64,000 bases of DNA from an uncultured Phycisphaerales bacterium (GTDB taxonomy: Bacteria; Planctomycetota; Phycisphaerae; Sedimentisphaerales; Anaerobacaceae), in contig CAVYYI010000002.1 in assembly GCA_963772725.1 (NCBI GenBank), positions 128,001 through 192,000 of the forward strand. Reading direction: 5' to 3'. The notes below the pieces were generated by a model. It saw only the letters and a list, made by a program, of their open reading frames with translations, was not told the DNA's origin and did no database searches. Shown here piece by piece: positions 41,768-53,360 of the stretch. A program made the translations under genes and the position numbers. Within the stretch, counting starts at the first letter, position 1. Each line of letters starts with the position of its first letter.

Positions 41768-42291
41768 TATATGCTTTTCCCATAGGCATCATAGGCAACA
41801 ATCGCGGGAAAATCTGCCACCTGCAGTTTTCGTATTGCCTCGGTGCCTAAATCATCATAGGCGACTACCTCAGATGAAACAATATGCTTACTAAGAAGCG
41901 CCCCTGCCCCGCCGAGAGTCGATAAATGTACCGCGCCGTATTTTCGCAATGCCTGACGAACCTCTTCACTTCGATACCCTTTGCCAATCATCGCTTTAAG
42001 GCCGTTAGCGATGAGTTTGGGACTAAATGAGTCCATCCGTGACGAAGTTGTTGGCCCCGCTGCGCCGATTATCTGCCCTGGCATAGCGGGCGTCGGACCG
42101 CAAAAGTATATGATTGCGCCTTTAAGGTCAAAAGGCGGTTTTTCACCGGCATCTAACGCACGGCATAGTCTCTGATGCGCCATATCACGGGCGGTATAAA
42201 TAATTCCTGTAACGGCCACCTCATCGCCGGCTTTTAACGAACGAATATCTTCGTCACTCAGAGGCGGTATCAATTTTTTAATTTTTTCCAT
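41758..42291 (-). CDS. Fe-S hydro-lyase (class I fumarase/tartrate dehydratase) beta subunit
   Basis: IYTARDMAH, GPTTSSRMD, MIGKG, DLGTEAI. Confidence 0.92.
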   Translation of the reverse strand: MEKIKKLIPPLSDEDIRSLKAGDEVAVTGIIYTARDMAHQRLCRALDAGEKPPFDLKGAIIYFCGPTPAMPGQIIGAAGPTTSSRMDSFSPKLIANGLKAMIGKGYRSEEVRQALRKYGAVHLSTLGGAGALLSKHIVSSEVVAYDDLGTEAIRKLQVADFPAIVAYDAYGKSIYSS

Positions 42292-42556
42292 ATTTGAGGT
42301 ATTGTACCATTGTTGCGATAACTTTGCTAATCGAAAAAACTAAAAACGCGGACGAAGTGAGATAACCCCGAGTTTTAACATCTAAAAGCTTAGTCAGCGG
42401 CTTTCTGAATCGCCTCACCTCCCTTTTCTATATCCTTACCCGCCCCTTTTATGGTATTACATCCGCAAGTGCCTCATAGAGATACCGACTAATATAAATA
42501 TTATAAAGATTAATTTTATTATTTTTGTCATATGCGCCTCCCTTAAGAAAACCATA

Positions 42557-42596
42557 AGCGTTCAGGCAGCCTTTTCAACATGGCCACCTGAACGCT
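42557..42596 (-). terminator. Hairpin downstream of the PRC-barrel gene
   Basis: AGCGTTCAGG...CCTGAACGCT. Confidence 0.55.
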
Positions 42597-42633
42597 CAAA
42601 AAATTAACATCTTGTCGTTTTTACTCAATGTTT

Positions 42634-44070
42634 TTAATAATTATCTTCTTGTTCGCTTTCTTCCTTTTCCATTTCAGTACCGCGAGGCTGACTTGTCCCA
42701 GCGCTCATCCACAACGGATTGCCCTGTGAATCACGAAGTTTAAGCATCTTGCCTTCCGCTGTGATTTCGGTAGGCATTATCACGCTCTCATTACCAACCA
42801 TGGTTTTAGAGCCTGTAATGCTGATGCTTTCGCCCTTCTTGAACTTTAAACCCTGCTGCTTAATGAAATGGCTGGGACCGGCTTGAATTGTAACGGTTTG
42901 CCCCATGTCTGTCTTTACCTTTAGTTCAAGCCCCGCAGCAGCACCTTTTTCAGGATGGAAAGTTCCTACTTTTTCAATGGTACCGGTGATATTAGCCATA
43001 TCTGCGGTCTTGAAGTTTTTATTGTAGCTGCTCCCTGCCTGCCACACCTCCATTGAACCGGTTACCGGTTTTTCTCCGGGAACAAATCCATAAACACTCC
43101 AGTACGGTTCGGCTCCAAAATTCTCATAAATCCTGCTTGCAAACTGCGAATCGGAAAGCTTGTAAAGCTGATGTTCCTTAATTTCGGACTCTTCAAGTGT
43201 CTTGGTTGTAGCGTTAAGTTCCGCCATACGATTGTCAGGCTGAATATTCAGAGATGTCCACGGTACAGCAGCAGTCTTTTCGCCTACCCCTGCGAGCCCA
43301 CCGAACGAAACCAACCCGTACGCAATGTCGCCATTCCTGGTGTCAAAAATCACGTCTTTGAGTTTAGCCAGTTTCTCGCCTTTAGGGTTTTGGACATTAA
43401 GGCCGATTATCTCGCTGCTCGAAAAAACGCCGGTTCTCTGTCCGACACCCGTAGTTATTTCCATTTTTTCGTGCATCATTTCTGTGGTGCCCCTCTGCAT
43501 AGACGGTATCCATTGTGAATAAAAATCTTTGACTTTCTGCTGAAATTCACTGCTGCTCAATTGCTGGATGTCTCGTATATCGATGGTTGGCGCCTGCATA
43601 AATTGTTCTCTGCTGATATTCAAACCGAGAATCTCCTTGTGCTCTGCCTTGCTTTTGTCAGGCAATAAATTCTGGTCTGAATTCACGTCCATTTGCCCGT
43701 AAAGGCGGGTATGCTTTGCCATTCGACCGGACCGCTCCTCGAAGGCCGACCACGGAACAGGGTAATGCTTGTCCTCAGCGGATAGAACTGCATAGCTAAC
43801 CGTATTCTGACTAGCGACAAGAATTACCTCTTTTACAGAACCCAGTGTCTGCCCCTGATTATTCTTCACATGGCTTCCAATCATATCTTTGACACTCCAC
43901 AAGTTGCCGATTGTACCGCTGGACACTGCTTCAGACTTTTTGGGAGCATTTCCGTCCGGTGTGTTTGTGTCCCCCATCGCAGCCTGAACTAAAAACCCCA
44001 TACTCAACACGATACAAAATGATGCTGCTAATATCCATACGTTTTTTTTCGTCATTATTTTTGAGTTCAT
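42634..44070 (-). CDS. Secreted protein with two PRC barrels and a C-terminal OB-like domain
   Basis: IGSHVKNNQGQTLGSVKEV...VPWSAF; IIGLNVQNPKGEKLAKLKD...VPWTSL; AAGGAG RBS before ATG 44070. Confidence 0.8.
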   Translation of the reverse strand: MNSKIMTKKNVWILAASFCIVLSMGFLVQAAMGDTNTPDGNAPKKSEAVSSGTIGNLWSVKDMIGSHVKNNQGQTLGSVKEVILVASQNTVSYAVLSAEDKHYPVPWSAFEERSGRMAKHTRLYGQMDVNSDQNLLPDKSKAEHKEILGLNISREQFMQAPTIDIRDIQQLSSSEFQQKVKDFYSQWIPSMQRGTTEMMHEKMEITTGVGQRTGVFSSSEIIGLNVQNPKGEKLAKLKDVIFDTRNGDIAYGLVSFGGLAGVGEKTAAVPWTSLNIQPDNRMAELNATTKTLEESEIKEHQLYKLSDSQFASRIYENFGAEPYWSVYGFVPGEKPVTGSMEVWQAGSSYNKNFKTADMANITGTIEKVGTFHPEKGAAAGLELKVKTDMGQTVTIQAGPSHFIKQQGLKFKKGESISITGSKTMVGNESVIMPTEITAEGKMLKLRDSQGNPLWMSAGTSQPRGTEMEKEESEQEDNY

Positions 44071-44377
44071 TTTTTTGCTCCTTAACATTTTCCAAAGTTA
44101 AAATCTCATACTGGCTCAACCTACCAAGGTCGAATCTTCTCAAAAGCCAAATTTATTTCACACACTGTTCCATAGGCATCCCTTTCATATTTAGGAGTAT
44201 ATTTTACTATTTATCTTGAACCAAGGTGCGTTTTCATCGGCTGCTTAATCATTCCCCATAAGAGTCTATTTCAGTATACGCTGATAAAAATAAACCGCTA
44301 TCGGGGCATACACTGAAACATAAAGCGGAAAAATGCTTAAAAAAATGCGGCTAAAGAAAGTATGCTGGCTATAAGGT

Positions 44378-45362
44378 TTATTCCTGTGACAAATAATCCT
44401 CGATAAATTGAGTCCATTGCTCATCAAGCTGCTCAAGAGAGCCGAATGCTTCGGTTAATTCGCTGCGTAAATCCTCTTTGCTTCGCCTGCCCGGCTCAAA
44501 TTCATAGAGCTTTGAGAAATATTTCTGTAAATCCTGTCTTCGATTTTCACAAAGAAAATGGAAAAATCCCCACGCTTGTGCGTAAACATTTATATCGGAA
44601 GTCTTTGACGGCATGCAAGTCAATAAAATGAACTCCTCCATTGGAATGAGCTTGCCTTTTTGATAAAGCCGTAAAAGCCGTTTTTTACGAATGGTGCTGT
44701 AACGCTCAACTGTCAGATACTTTGATAAACTATCCTCAAAAATCAGCGCACGGACCCTCCCCCGCCCATAGAGGATACATAACCCCTCGCTTCTGCAGTC
44801 CTGTATTGAAAGATAGCTGATGCGCGGCCTCATGTATAATTTTTACTAAACCAACGTCAGCGGTATTATTAGCCCACGCCATAACATCAACGGCACGGTT
44901 ACCTGTATTTTCTCCCTTTATGGTTTTCCCGGGTTTTAAGACCACTACCGCGTTTGTTTTTGATGAATAATAGCCGCTCAACCAGGAAAGGTCCATTTCC
45001 TCAGTAGATAACGCGTAATTATTGAATGAATCGGTATCGTTGAAACATATCCATAATAATTCGTCTCGCGGGCAATAAGTCTTGAGGCCGTAGCCGCCAA
45101 AGACCGATTGAAATTGAGAATACGAAAATTCCAGCACGCCCTCAATTTTTTTCGCTTCATCAGTTGAAATACAATGAACTACCTTAAAATGCTCAGTTTT
45201 CAGGATTTGGTATGAACTGTGGGATGAACCCGCACCACTTATGTCCGCCAAAACACGTGAAAGAACTGCTTTTTCGGCGGCATTAAGTTGGCAGGATAGT
45301 CCAAAAAACGTGATTATAACAAAAAAAACACGCATACAACTTTCAGCAAAAAGCTTAATCAC
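44378..45362 (-). CDS. DUF1570-like metallopeptidase-motif protein, frameshift at ~44760
   Basis: IIHEAAHQLSFNTG...PLWAGEG; YAQAWGFFHFL. Confidence 0.75.
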
Positions 45363-45463
45363 CCTTCAGCCTTTTGCTTATCATAGCTTGTTTCATTAGT
45401 ACTTGTCAAGAATTTTGGCAAAAAAGTTATATCAGCATTTTCCAAAATTGGCCGCCATGCAAA

Positions 45464-47776
45464 CTAATCGCTATAAGCCTTGTTCTTTTTATATAATTCG
45501 ATACGGCTGTTAATATCGGCAGCAGTTTTCACATCGTTCTTACTCTTCGCAAGCTGTAAGGCTTTTTCGGCTATTTTTAAGGCGTCCTCAAACCTACCGG
45601 CAGAGGCATACGTCACTCCAAGTGTATCGAGTATTCCCGGCTGATTATAGTCGGTCTGTTTGCAGGCGGATTCCGCAAGACGCACCGCCTCGGCGGGATT
45701 GCGAAGCGATGTATCCCTGCTTGCTGCCAAAAGCCACGCTAGGTTGTTTTTCGCTTCCGCGAGGTCGGGTTTAAGTCTTACGGTTTCACTCCAGTGCTGA
45801 ATCGCCTCGGCAATTTTGCCCCGGCTGTAATAAAGCGCCGCAAGCTGATTGTGTGTATCGACATCGTCAGGATTACGTTTAAGCGTATCGGTATATTGAG
45901 CGATAATCTCATCGGTTTTTTTCCGGGTGGCTATTTTATCAAGATTGTCACGGACGTCGGTCCAGTCCGGTTTCAAACGCAGGGCCTTTTTCCAATGCTC
46001 AACCGCCTTATCGATATCTCCTTTTTTATAATAGGCAACACCTATATTGTTATGTACTTCGGGCCAGTCTGCTTTCAGCTTGAGTGCTTCTGTCCAGTGC
46101 TGTATCGCCAAATCGTTTTTATCTAACTGGCACGCCGCCGCGGCGACCAAATCGTGGGTTTTCGCGATTGGTCTTGTCGGACTCATACCAGATGTTTCCT
46201 GGCTTAGGTCAACCTTTCCAGCCATTGTCTTGAGGTAAATTTCACCGTATTTTATAGCATCGTTCAGGTTATTGTCAGAGGCGATTCTGGTCAAAAGAAA
46301 ATATGTATTATATAATTCCGGCCACTCTTCCAGCATTTTGTTGCAGAGTTCTTTTGCTTCTTCATACTTTTTTAAACAAGAAAGATTCATAACTTTCAGT
46401 TCACATACGTAATATTTTATCAAATCCTTCGGGTCTTTTTTAGATGCATCCATTTTAAAGGATTCTTCCGTCATATCGCCACCGACGTAGCCAAGACTTT
46501 CAAGCCGTTTTCTGCTTTGCTCATCAAGCACGATTGTGCCTGTTGAGATTTGGCCAACAGCTAATTTTGCCGCAAGCGATCTAAGCTGCCCACGCATCAT
46601 AGTTGCTCGTTTGGTTTCTTTTTCGAGTATGTTATTTTCTTCGTGTCTATCGAGGGAGAGGTCATATAATTCCGGTCGGGTCGTTTCAATATATTCATAT
46701 CGCTGACCTATAATCCCTAACAGCGGGTTGCAGCCGAATTTGGTCGCGGTAAACGATTCGCAATACACGCACTCAGCCGGATTCGCGGGTGTTCTCCCCT
46801 TTCCGTAATCGCAAAGCTGCCGTCCCTGCACCTGTTCAGGCACTGGTATCCCCAAATAAGTGAGAACAGTTGGAACAATATCTACAAGACTTATTACATC
46901 CTGTATTTTGCGGTGCTTAGATACTCCCGGTACTTTCATTATAAATGGAACTCTCATAGTGCTTTGATAAATGAAATACCCATGCTCTAATTCGCCGTGT
47001 TCACCGAGACTTTCACCGTGGTCGGCAACAACGATAATCAGGGTTGAATCATACAGGCCGAGACTCTTTAATTTTTCTATGACCTGGCCTATGCAGAAAT
47101 CATCGTATGCGACTCCGCCAGTATAGAGGTCGTCCTTATATTGCGACGCGAACGGTTCCGGCGGATTATATTCTTTATGGACATCATAGTAATGCAGGAA
47201 TAGGAAAAATGGCTTTGCTTTATGCTCATCTATGTATTTACAGGCGTACTGCGTGGCCTCATCACCTCGACGCCGCTCTGTACCGGTACCTTCTCGAGGT
47301 CCGACATACAAACGCATATCAAATTTATCGTTGTAACTTTCAAAGCCCTGATTTAAACCGAACTGAGAATCCAGGATAAAAGAACTCACAACCGCACCGG
47401 TATTATAACCATTCTTTTTTAGTATTTCTGCAAGAGTCAAATTGGATTCATCAAGCCTGTAAACCATATTATCGCGAACTTTATGATAAGGCGGATATGT
47501 GCCTGTCATCATAGAAGAGTGCGCAGGTAAAGTCAGCGCCAGCGGTGTGTATGTGTTTTCAAACAAAATACCCTGCTTTGCCAGGGTGTCGATATTGGGA
47601 GTAGTTTTACGATTAAAGCCGTAACAGCTCAGATGGTCTGCCCTGCAGGTATCGATACTTATAAGAAGCACATTTTTTATGCGATGCCTCGATGATAAAA
47701 ACCATATTGCGGTGCCGAGGACAGCCAAGAGCAAAACTGCAATAATTATCAGCCTTTTTTTAGATTTCATCAGCAA
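45464..47776 (-). CDS. Sulfatase-like hydrolase with C-terminal TPRs
   Basis: LISIDTCRADHL, TLPAHSSMMTG, VADHGE, ELYDL; TPR repeats. Confidence 0.9.
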   Translation of the reverse strand: MLMKSKKRLIIIAVLLLAVLGTAIWFLSSRHRIKNVLLISIDTCRADHLSCYGFNRKTTPNIDTLAKQGILFENTYTPLALTLPAHSSMMTGTYPPYHKVRDNMVYRLDESNLTLAEILKKNGYNTGAVVSSFILDSQFGLNQGFESYNDKFDMRLYVGPREGTGTERRRGDEATQYACKYIDEHKAKPFFLFLHYYDVHKEYNPPEPFASQYKDDLYTGGVAYDDFCIGQVIEKLKSLGLYDSTLIIVVADHGESLGEHGELEHGYFIYQSTMRVPFIMKVPGVSKHRKIQDVISLVDIVPTVLTYLGIPVPEQVQGRQLCDYGKGRTPANPAECVYCESFTATKFGCNPLLGIIGQRYEYIETTRPELYDLSLDRHEENNILEKETKRATMMRGQLRSLAAKLAVGQISTGTIVLDEQSRKRLESLGYVGGDMTEESFKMDASKKDPKDLIKYYVCELKVMNLSCLKKYEEAKELCNKMLEEWPELYNTYFLLTRIASDNNLNDAIKYGEIYLKTMAGKVDLSQETSGMSPTRPIAKTHDLVAAAACQLDKNDLAIQHWTEALKLKADWPEVHNNIGVAYYKKGDIDKAVEHWKKALRLKPDWTDVRDNLDKIATRKKTDEIIAQYTDTLKRNPDDVDTHNQLAALYYSRGKIAEAIQHWSETVRLKPDLAEAKNNLAWLLAASRDTSLRNPAEAVRLAESACKQTDYNQPGILDTLGVTYASAGRFEDALKIAEKALQLAKSKNDVKTAADINSRIELYKKNKAYSD

Positions 47777-47806
47777 ATATTCCCGTATTTTATTATTTCA
47801 ACTTTC

Positions 47807-50800
47807 TTAACCGCCGCTTTTAGCGGGTACGCTTTTTAGCCGACTCATAGCCTGAGAAAGATTATCGCTTGCGTTTGGATAATCCGGTCTTAGCCTAAGA
47901 GCCTCATTATATTGTTCAATCGCTTTTTGCAGTTTGCCCTGCCGATGAAGGACAACGCCCAAATCATTATGCGAGTCTCCGCTTGGCCCGGTCTTAATTC
48001 CAGCGCTTTTAAATACCATTTTTCCGCATCTTCAAAGCGATTATTTTCCCTGCAAAGGTCGCCTAACGTATAATAAGCCAGTATCTTATTATTTAAATTG
48101 TCAAGATTGCGCTCAATAGAGGCTATCCGCACATCCCGACATCTGTTTTTAAGATTCTCATCGGGCAAAAGGTAATAATTTATTTCATTATCAGCGCAGT
48201 ATTTTTCGATAATATCGAAATACCGTTTTTTCTGCGTCTCTGTGGCGATTGAAAGATTAACCATATTTGGAAACTGATTATGAACCGACAGGCACATTTC
48301 CGCAAAAGCTATCTGCATATCGACATTAGTCGCCGCCTTTGTAACAATATTGGCACTTTCAGGCTTAAGCGTCCTTCTGCCGATTATCCTGTCTTCTACG
48401 GCGGAGTTGTTCACATACATAACTTTCGGAGCCATAAATTCAAGCAGCGGATGAGCGTCGCTATTTACCGGTGCATCCCCGCACAAAGCTGAAATATCTT
48501 CAGTCATAACTATACCATATACTAATTCGGGTGCGGAAAGTTTTATGTTTTTAGACTGCTGGGCATATTTAATATTTTTTCTGACGTTAGCCAGAGACAA
48601 CCCATTATTTCCTTTGAAACCGAGCATTACGTAATCTCCAGCACGTGTTCGGAATAAGGCGTTATTTGGATATACCTCGGCGAAAGTTCCGGCTACCATG
48701 GCGAAAGCAGGCCAGTCAAGCTGGTAGGTATGTATAAACTGGGCAAATATGCCATCATCATTGAGCCTGTCTTTGGCGAGAGTGAAAAATTCGCGAGTAA
48801 AAAGGGTGGCCAGCCCCGCCATCCACGGGTTGGACGGTTCGGAAATTATCACATCGTATTTGCGGTCGGTGAGCTGGAGATGCGCCCGGCCGTCCTGAAC
48901 TATGAGATTTGTTTTCGGATTTGAAAGCTCGCTGCTGTTCCACTTGTCAAAAAATTTGGATGCTTCAGCAACATCTCTGCTTATTTCAAGCACGTCAAGC
49001 CGTTCAACAGGATAACACAATACCTCGCCTGCCGTAATTCCGCTGGCAAGCCCAAGAACCATTACCGTTTTGGCATTTGAATGAAACAGCATAGGAATAT
49101 GTGCCATAAGGGTTTGCGTCGGCATATCTCCATACGATGAGGCATCAGGTTTGCCGCTTATCACCAGTGAATAACTAATATTGCCAAACAGGTCATTCTC
49201 TTCCAGTACCACTGTAAAACCGGCCAAACCGTCCCTGTAAAAGACGATTTTGCTGGTCTGCTGGCCGGCCAATATATCCGAACCTTTCAATAATGCCGCC
49301 AGCCAACCTGTCCTTTTGATATCATTGACAATATTATTCATCCGATGATACCGTCCTAAAGACAGTGCAGAGCGGTTCCAACTTGGAATATAGAAACACA
49401 GCAGTAACCCAGCGATTGCCAGCGCACTGCCGGTATCCAGCTTAATTTTCGCTGCTTATTCACGAAAAGCAATATGCCCGCCAACACAAAAGCGGTAATC
49501 AGTTGTATAATAACTACTAATCTTAAACCATTTTCCTTACCGAAAAGAGGTATCAGTACAAATCCCGCGCAGAATGAGCCGAGAACCGCGCCGATAGTAT
49601 TGATTGCATACGCCGAACCTATCGAATGTCCGACTCTTGAGATAGACTGCGTATAAATCTTTCCCACAAGGGGAAATGTCGCTCCAAGGCATAAAGTCGG
49701 AATCAAAAGAAAACCGAATAGTACCGCTGCTTTGGAGATATTTAAAATGGCAAAATTATTCTGAAACTGATATATGAGCTTGGCGAAAAAGAACTGGCTG
49801 TTGCCGAGAATCTGGCTGACAATCAGCGCAAATAACGCAGCGGCAATCTGTGTGTGAATCAGCAGGCGTATGGGGCTTTTTACCCTGTCTGCGAGTAAGC
49901 CGAAAATCATACTGCCAATCGCAAGACCCGTTATAAAGGTAACCAAAACTATTGTGAAAGAATATGTTGTCGGGCCTATAATCAGGCCGAGCAGTTTAGT
50001 CCATATAACCTCGTAAGCCATTGCGCAAAAACCCGAAACGGCAAAAATAATCAGTGCCGCTGCCGCGGTTCCTTTATATCCTGAAACTTCATTCTGTTCG
50101 ATGAGATTCTTTTGTATATGAATTTCCTCAGCAGCGACAGATTTGGTTTCTTTTATCTTATAGCTGACCGCGATGGTAATCCCGCCGATAGCCAGGTTAA
50201 TTAAAACCGCCAGTGCAGTCGTTCCATGCATGCCGAGATAATTAATAAACCAAAAACCGCACACCAGTGCCCCTGCCGCCGCCCCGATGGTGTTCAGGCC
50301 GTATAATCTACCCGTATGGCCGCCGAGATGAGATAAGCTCGTTACGTAAAACCTGCACAGTATCGGCAGCGTCGCTCCCATACAGATAACCGGGAAAATC
50401 AGGAGTATGCTGCAAGCGGCAAATGTCAGGAAATTGTAAATAATAAAATGCTCGAAAAGCCGGTTATACACCACCGCGTATAAATGCCCGAATCCGGCTA
50501 AAAGCCCCGCGAGGATAAGGCAGTAAAGTCCTACGGCTATCTCAAGAATACCGTAAAGCCTGACAAGTTTCAGCGGGTTTTGTACCTTGTCAATTTTCCT
50601 GCCGGCGATATAACTGCCTAATCCCAATCCTGCCATAAAAACGGTCAGGATGATACTTACCGCAAAGGGCGCCCCGCCGATGATTCTGACAATCATTCTT
50701 GTCCAGAGAATCTCATAAATCAGTCCGGTCATACCGGAAAAGAAAAAACAGACCTGAATAAGGGGCGCTATCGACATTCCTGCCAAAAATTTGTTTTTGC

Positions 50801-50807
50801 CCATCAT
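47807..50807 (-). CDS. Fused membrane / spermidine-synthase-like protein with TPR tail; frameshifts at ~49400 and ~47975
   Basis: SGMTGLIYEILW, LYGLNTIG, GLASGITAGE, QDGRAHL, YDVIISEPSNPW, TPR C-terminus. Confidence 0.85.
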
Positions 50808-50952
50808 TTAATCCTGAATAACGTTATTTAATTTTTTATTAAACGCTGACAACCCAATATAACAAAAATGACGCCGGCTTTCAATCGCAAAAAAAGGCTA
50901 TAAACGCCGTGCACCCTATTACCCGGAGAGAAAAAAAACACTAAGATTTATC

Positions 50953-51120
50953 CCGCCAAGGTGCAAAGACGCTAAGATATTTTCATCATGGATGACACGG
51001 ATTTTTATTTCATCTGTGTAACCTGTGTAATCCGTGATTAAATATTCTTTCTTTTCTTTGCCTCTTACGCCTTCGCTGGAAACCTTTTCTTTTCTTCGTG
51101 CCTTGACGTCTTCGTTGTTG
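50953..51120. repeat. Intergenic nested short-period repeats (8-mer and 9-mer, partly inverted)
   Basis: CGCCAAGG/TGCAAAGA/CGCTAAGA versus CTTTGCCT/CTTACGCC/TTCGC; CACGGAT versus ATCTGTGTA/ACCTGTGTA/ATCCGTG. Confidence 0.55.
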
Positions 51121-51131
51121 CCTTTAAAAAT

Positions 51132-51165
51132 AAAAAAGGCGTCCTGATTTTTCAGGACGCCTTTT
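51132..51165. terminator. Intrinsic terminator, likely bidirectional
   Basis: AAAAGGCGTCCTGA-tttt-TCAGGACGCCTTTT. Confidence 0.85.
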
Positions 51166-51199
51166 CATTTTACAAACATTCGGTTTTTGGCCGCGTCTA

Positions 51200-51836
51200 T
51201 TATTTACGACGACGCAGTAACAAACCGCCAAGACCGAGCAAAACAATGGTCATTGGTTCCGGAATCTGTGCTACATATAGCCTGCAAATCGCCAAGGTCA
51301 CCCTCAACCATCGCCAACCATGCATCTTCGTTTCCGCCTGGGTAGACGTACAAGCCTTCACGATACTCACTTAAAGCCCTGAGTCCGAGGTTAACGTTAA
51401 TCAAGCCGCTTGTGCTGCCCTTTGCAGTTAACTGCAGATTGTACACAAGCTTCACGCCAGCAGAGCTTGTCGCTGATGTACCGGACAAAGAAACTGCTGT
51501 TATCTTTGAAAAGCCCGTGGTATCTGTTACCGCGGTACCGCCGCCAAGGCTCGCATCGAATTTTACAACTTTCGTCGGCACAACAGCGATTGTGCTCGTG
51601 CCGTCGGCATGCAGCGTAAAGTCCATGCTCGATAACGCATAGCTATAATAGGCTATCTCAGGGTTCCAATTCAACATAATCTTCAAATTGATGGTCTCAC
51701 CATCATTCAATCTGGAGCCTGATGTAAGGCCCGTGTGTGTCGCGCTTCCAACATCGTCAGTTGTTACCTTAACAATCGACGCATTGGTTACCGAGACCAA
51801 ACCAAGAACCAACAATAAAACCAATAACTTCTTCAT
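51200..51836 (-). CDS. PEP-CTERM sorting-domain protein, frameshift at ~51275
   Basis: Signal peptide; alternative frame gives VAQIPEPMTIVLLGLGGLLLRRRK*. Confidence 0.85.
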
Positions 51837-51954
51837 AGAGTCCTCCTGTTAAATCATCACTACTCTCAGAACCATCCTCCACGCAAGGACATTTTCTTCA
51901 AGTAATAAACTCATTTTACAATGTTTTCCTTAATTCTTAAACTTTTTTCCGACA

Positions 51955-52797
51955 TTACGGGACATAGCTCTCAAATACATGGTTGAAGTCACCCAATGGT
52001 GAGCAGTCCGCTGCAACACTCTTGCCAAAGCTTGTTCTGAACAGCGGCCAGTCAATAGTATCAATGTGACCATCATGGTTCAAATCGCCGCAGGCATTGG
52101 TTACATAATTTGCTGCCGGATAATCTTTTCCAAAGCCGTTTCTAAATGTTGGCCAGTCAACGGTATCAACATCGGCATCGTTATCAACATCGCCATGACA
52201 TTGAGTCGCAGAATCCCAGCAGGGTGGATACCACCAGCCAGCGCTAGGAGCAGGAACGACGATTGTCGCACCGGTCAGGGTCATTGTTGTGCCGCCTTCG
52301 GCAACTGCGCCGCCGCGAGCCGAATTACCGGAAACTATTAATTTCGCCGGTAAACCAGTAACCTGGATTTTGAACAGCGTCCCGCTCTTTGCTGGAGCAT
52401 TTCCTACTGTGTACAGGGCGCCCTGTTCGGTCGTGATACCATGCGAGCCTAATCCTGGCAGAGGTGAGCCTAAATCATCACTGTGGGCAACCGGGGTGTA
52501 ATTTGCATCGCTCCAGTTCGGGCTGTTGGCATCGATGTACCTGTGGAAATTCCCAGGGAATATGCCATGACCCTTGCTGCCGCTGGTGCATTCACCCTTG
52601 AAATAGTCGCTGATGGCGGTGATTGTTGAGCCGCTGTTGACATCATTGATGTCCAGCGCAATCGCAGAGACATTGGCATCGGCTGTGTAGTTTATCGCAA
52701 CCCATCCGCTGCCCAGGCTTGAGCCTGTGATGGTCAGGTTACTCGCCATGGCCGGAACAGCCATCGCAATAACCGCCAAAACCACTAATTTTTTCAT
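51955..52797 (-). CDS. Secreted protein with C-terminal dockerin-like EF-hand pair
   Basis: MKKLVVLAVIAMAVPAMA; GDVDNDADVDTVDW and GDLNHDGHIDTIDW. Confidence 0.75.
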   Translation of the reverse strand: MKKLVVLAVIAMAVPAMASNLTITGSSLGSGWVAINYTADANVSAIALDINDVNSGSTITAISDYFKGECTSGSKGHGIFPGNFHRYIDANSPNWSDANYTPVAHSDDLGSPLPGLGSHGITTEQGALYTVGNAPAKSGTLFKIQVTGLPAKLIVSGNSARGGAVAEGGTTMTLTGATIVVPAPSAGWWYPPCWDSATQCHGDVDNDADVDTVDWPTFRNGFGKDYPAANYVTNACGDLNHDGHIDTIDWPLFRTSFGKSVAADCSPLGDFNHVFESYVP

Positions 52798-53360
52798 AAT
52801 CCAACCTTCCTTTCTTAACTTGTCTTTTCTTCTTTCTTCGCGGAACTCATCGCGAATTCCGCCATACTGTTTGGTTTCTTTTACTAACACCCTCCTGACA
52901 GAGAAACCTGCTCGGCTTTTTTGTTCAAAAATTTCTATATTTAGACACCTTTACATGGAAATTCTAAAACAAAAAAACGCCTTGCCCGCAGGAGCAGTTC
53001 AAAAACAATCTTTTATTTCTCCGTCCTCCTTTCACGCCATTCGGCGAATCAAAGGTTTTTCACCTCTATAACTTCAATATTCCTAATGAAAGCTTATTTC
53101 AATTTACCACAAATCTATCAGCTAATCAAGCGAAATTTCGCAAAATTTCAAAAATTTTTAAAAAAAATACGATTTTTCCTTAATGTCCGCAAAAAACAGA
53201 AATTGCGGCACAGCCGCGAAGATTTGGAAACTTTATCTATGCTGTGTTAAAATAGGTAATCTGGACACAGCGTAAAAAAGTGTAAAAAATTGTAAATTTT
53301 TGTAAAAAAATTGATTTTTTTTGTCATTTTTTTGGTTTTTATGCTATTTTTTGAGGGAAT

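Noticed and set aside
42345..42490. Possible ncRNA or riboswitch upstream of the fumarase beta gene
   Set aside because: Some end pairing (GCGGATG/CGTCCGC) but no family consensus I can recognise; needs an Rfam/Infernal search
52975..53065. c-di-GMP riboswitch upstream of the dockerin-like gene
   Set aside because: Lacks the GGCAAAC...GAAA...GACGCAAAGC consensus
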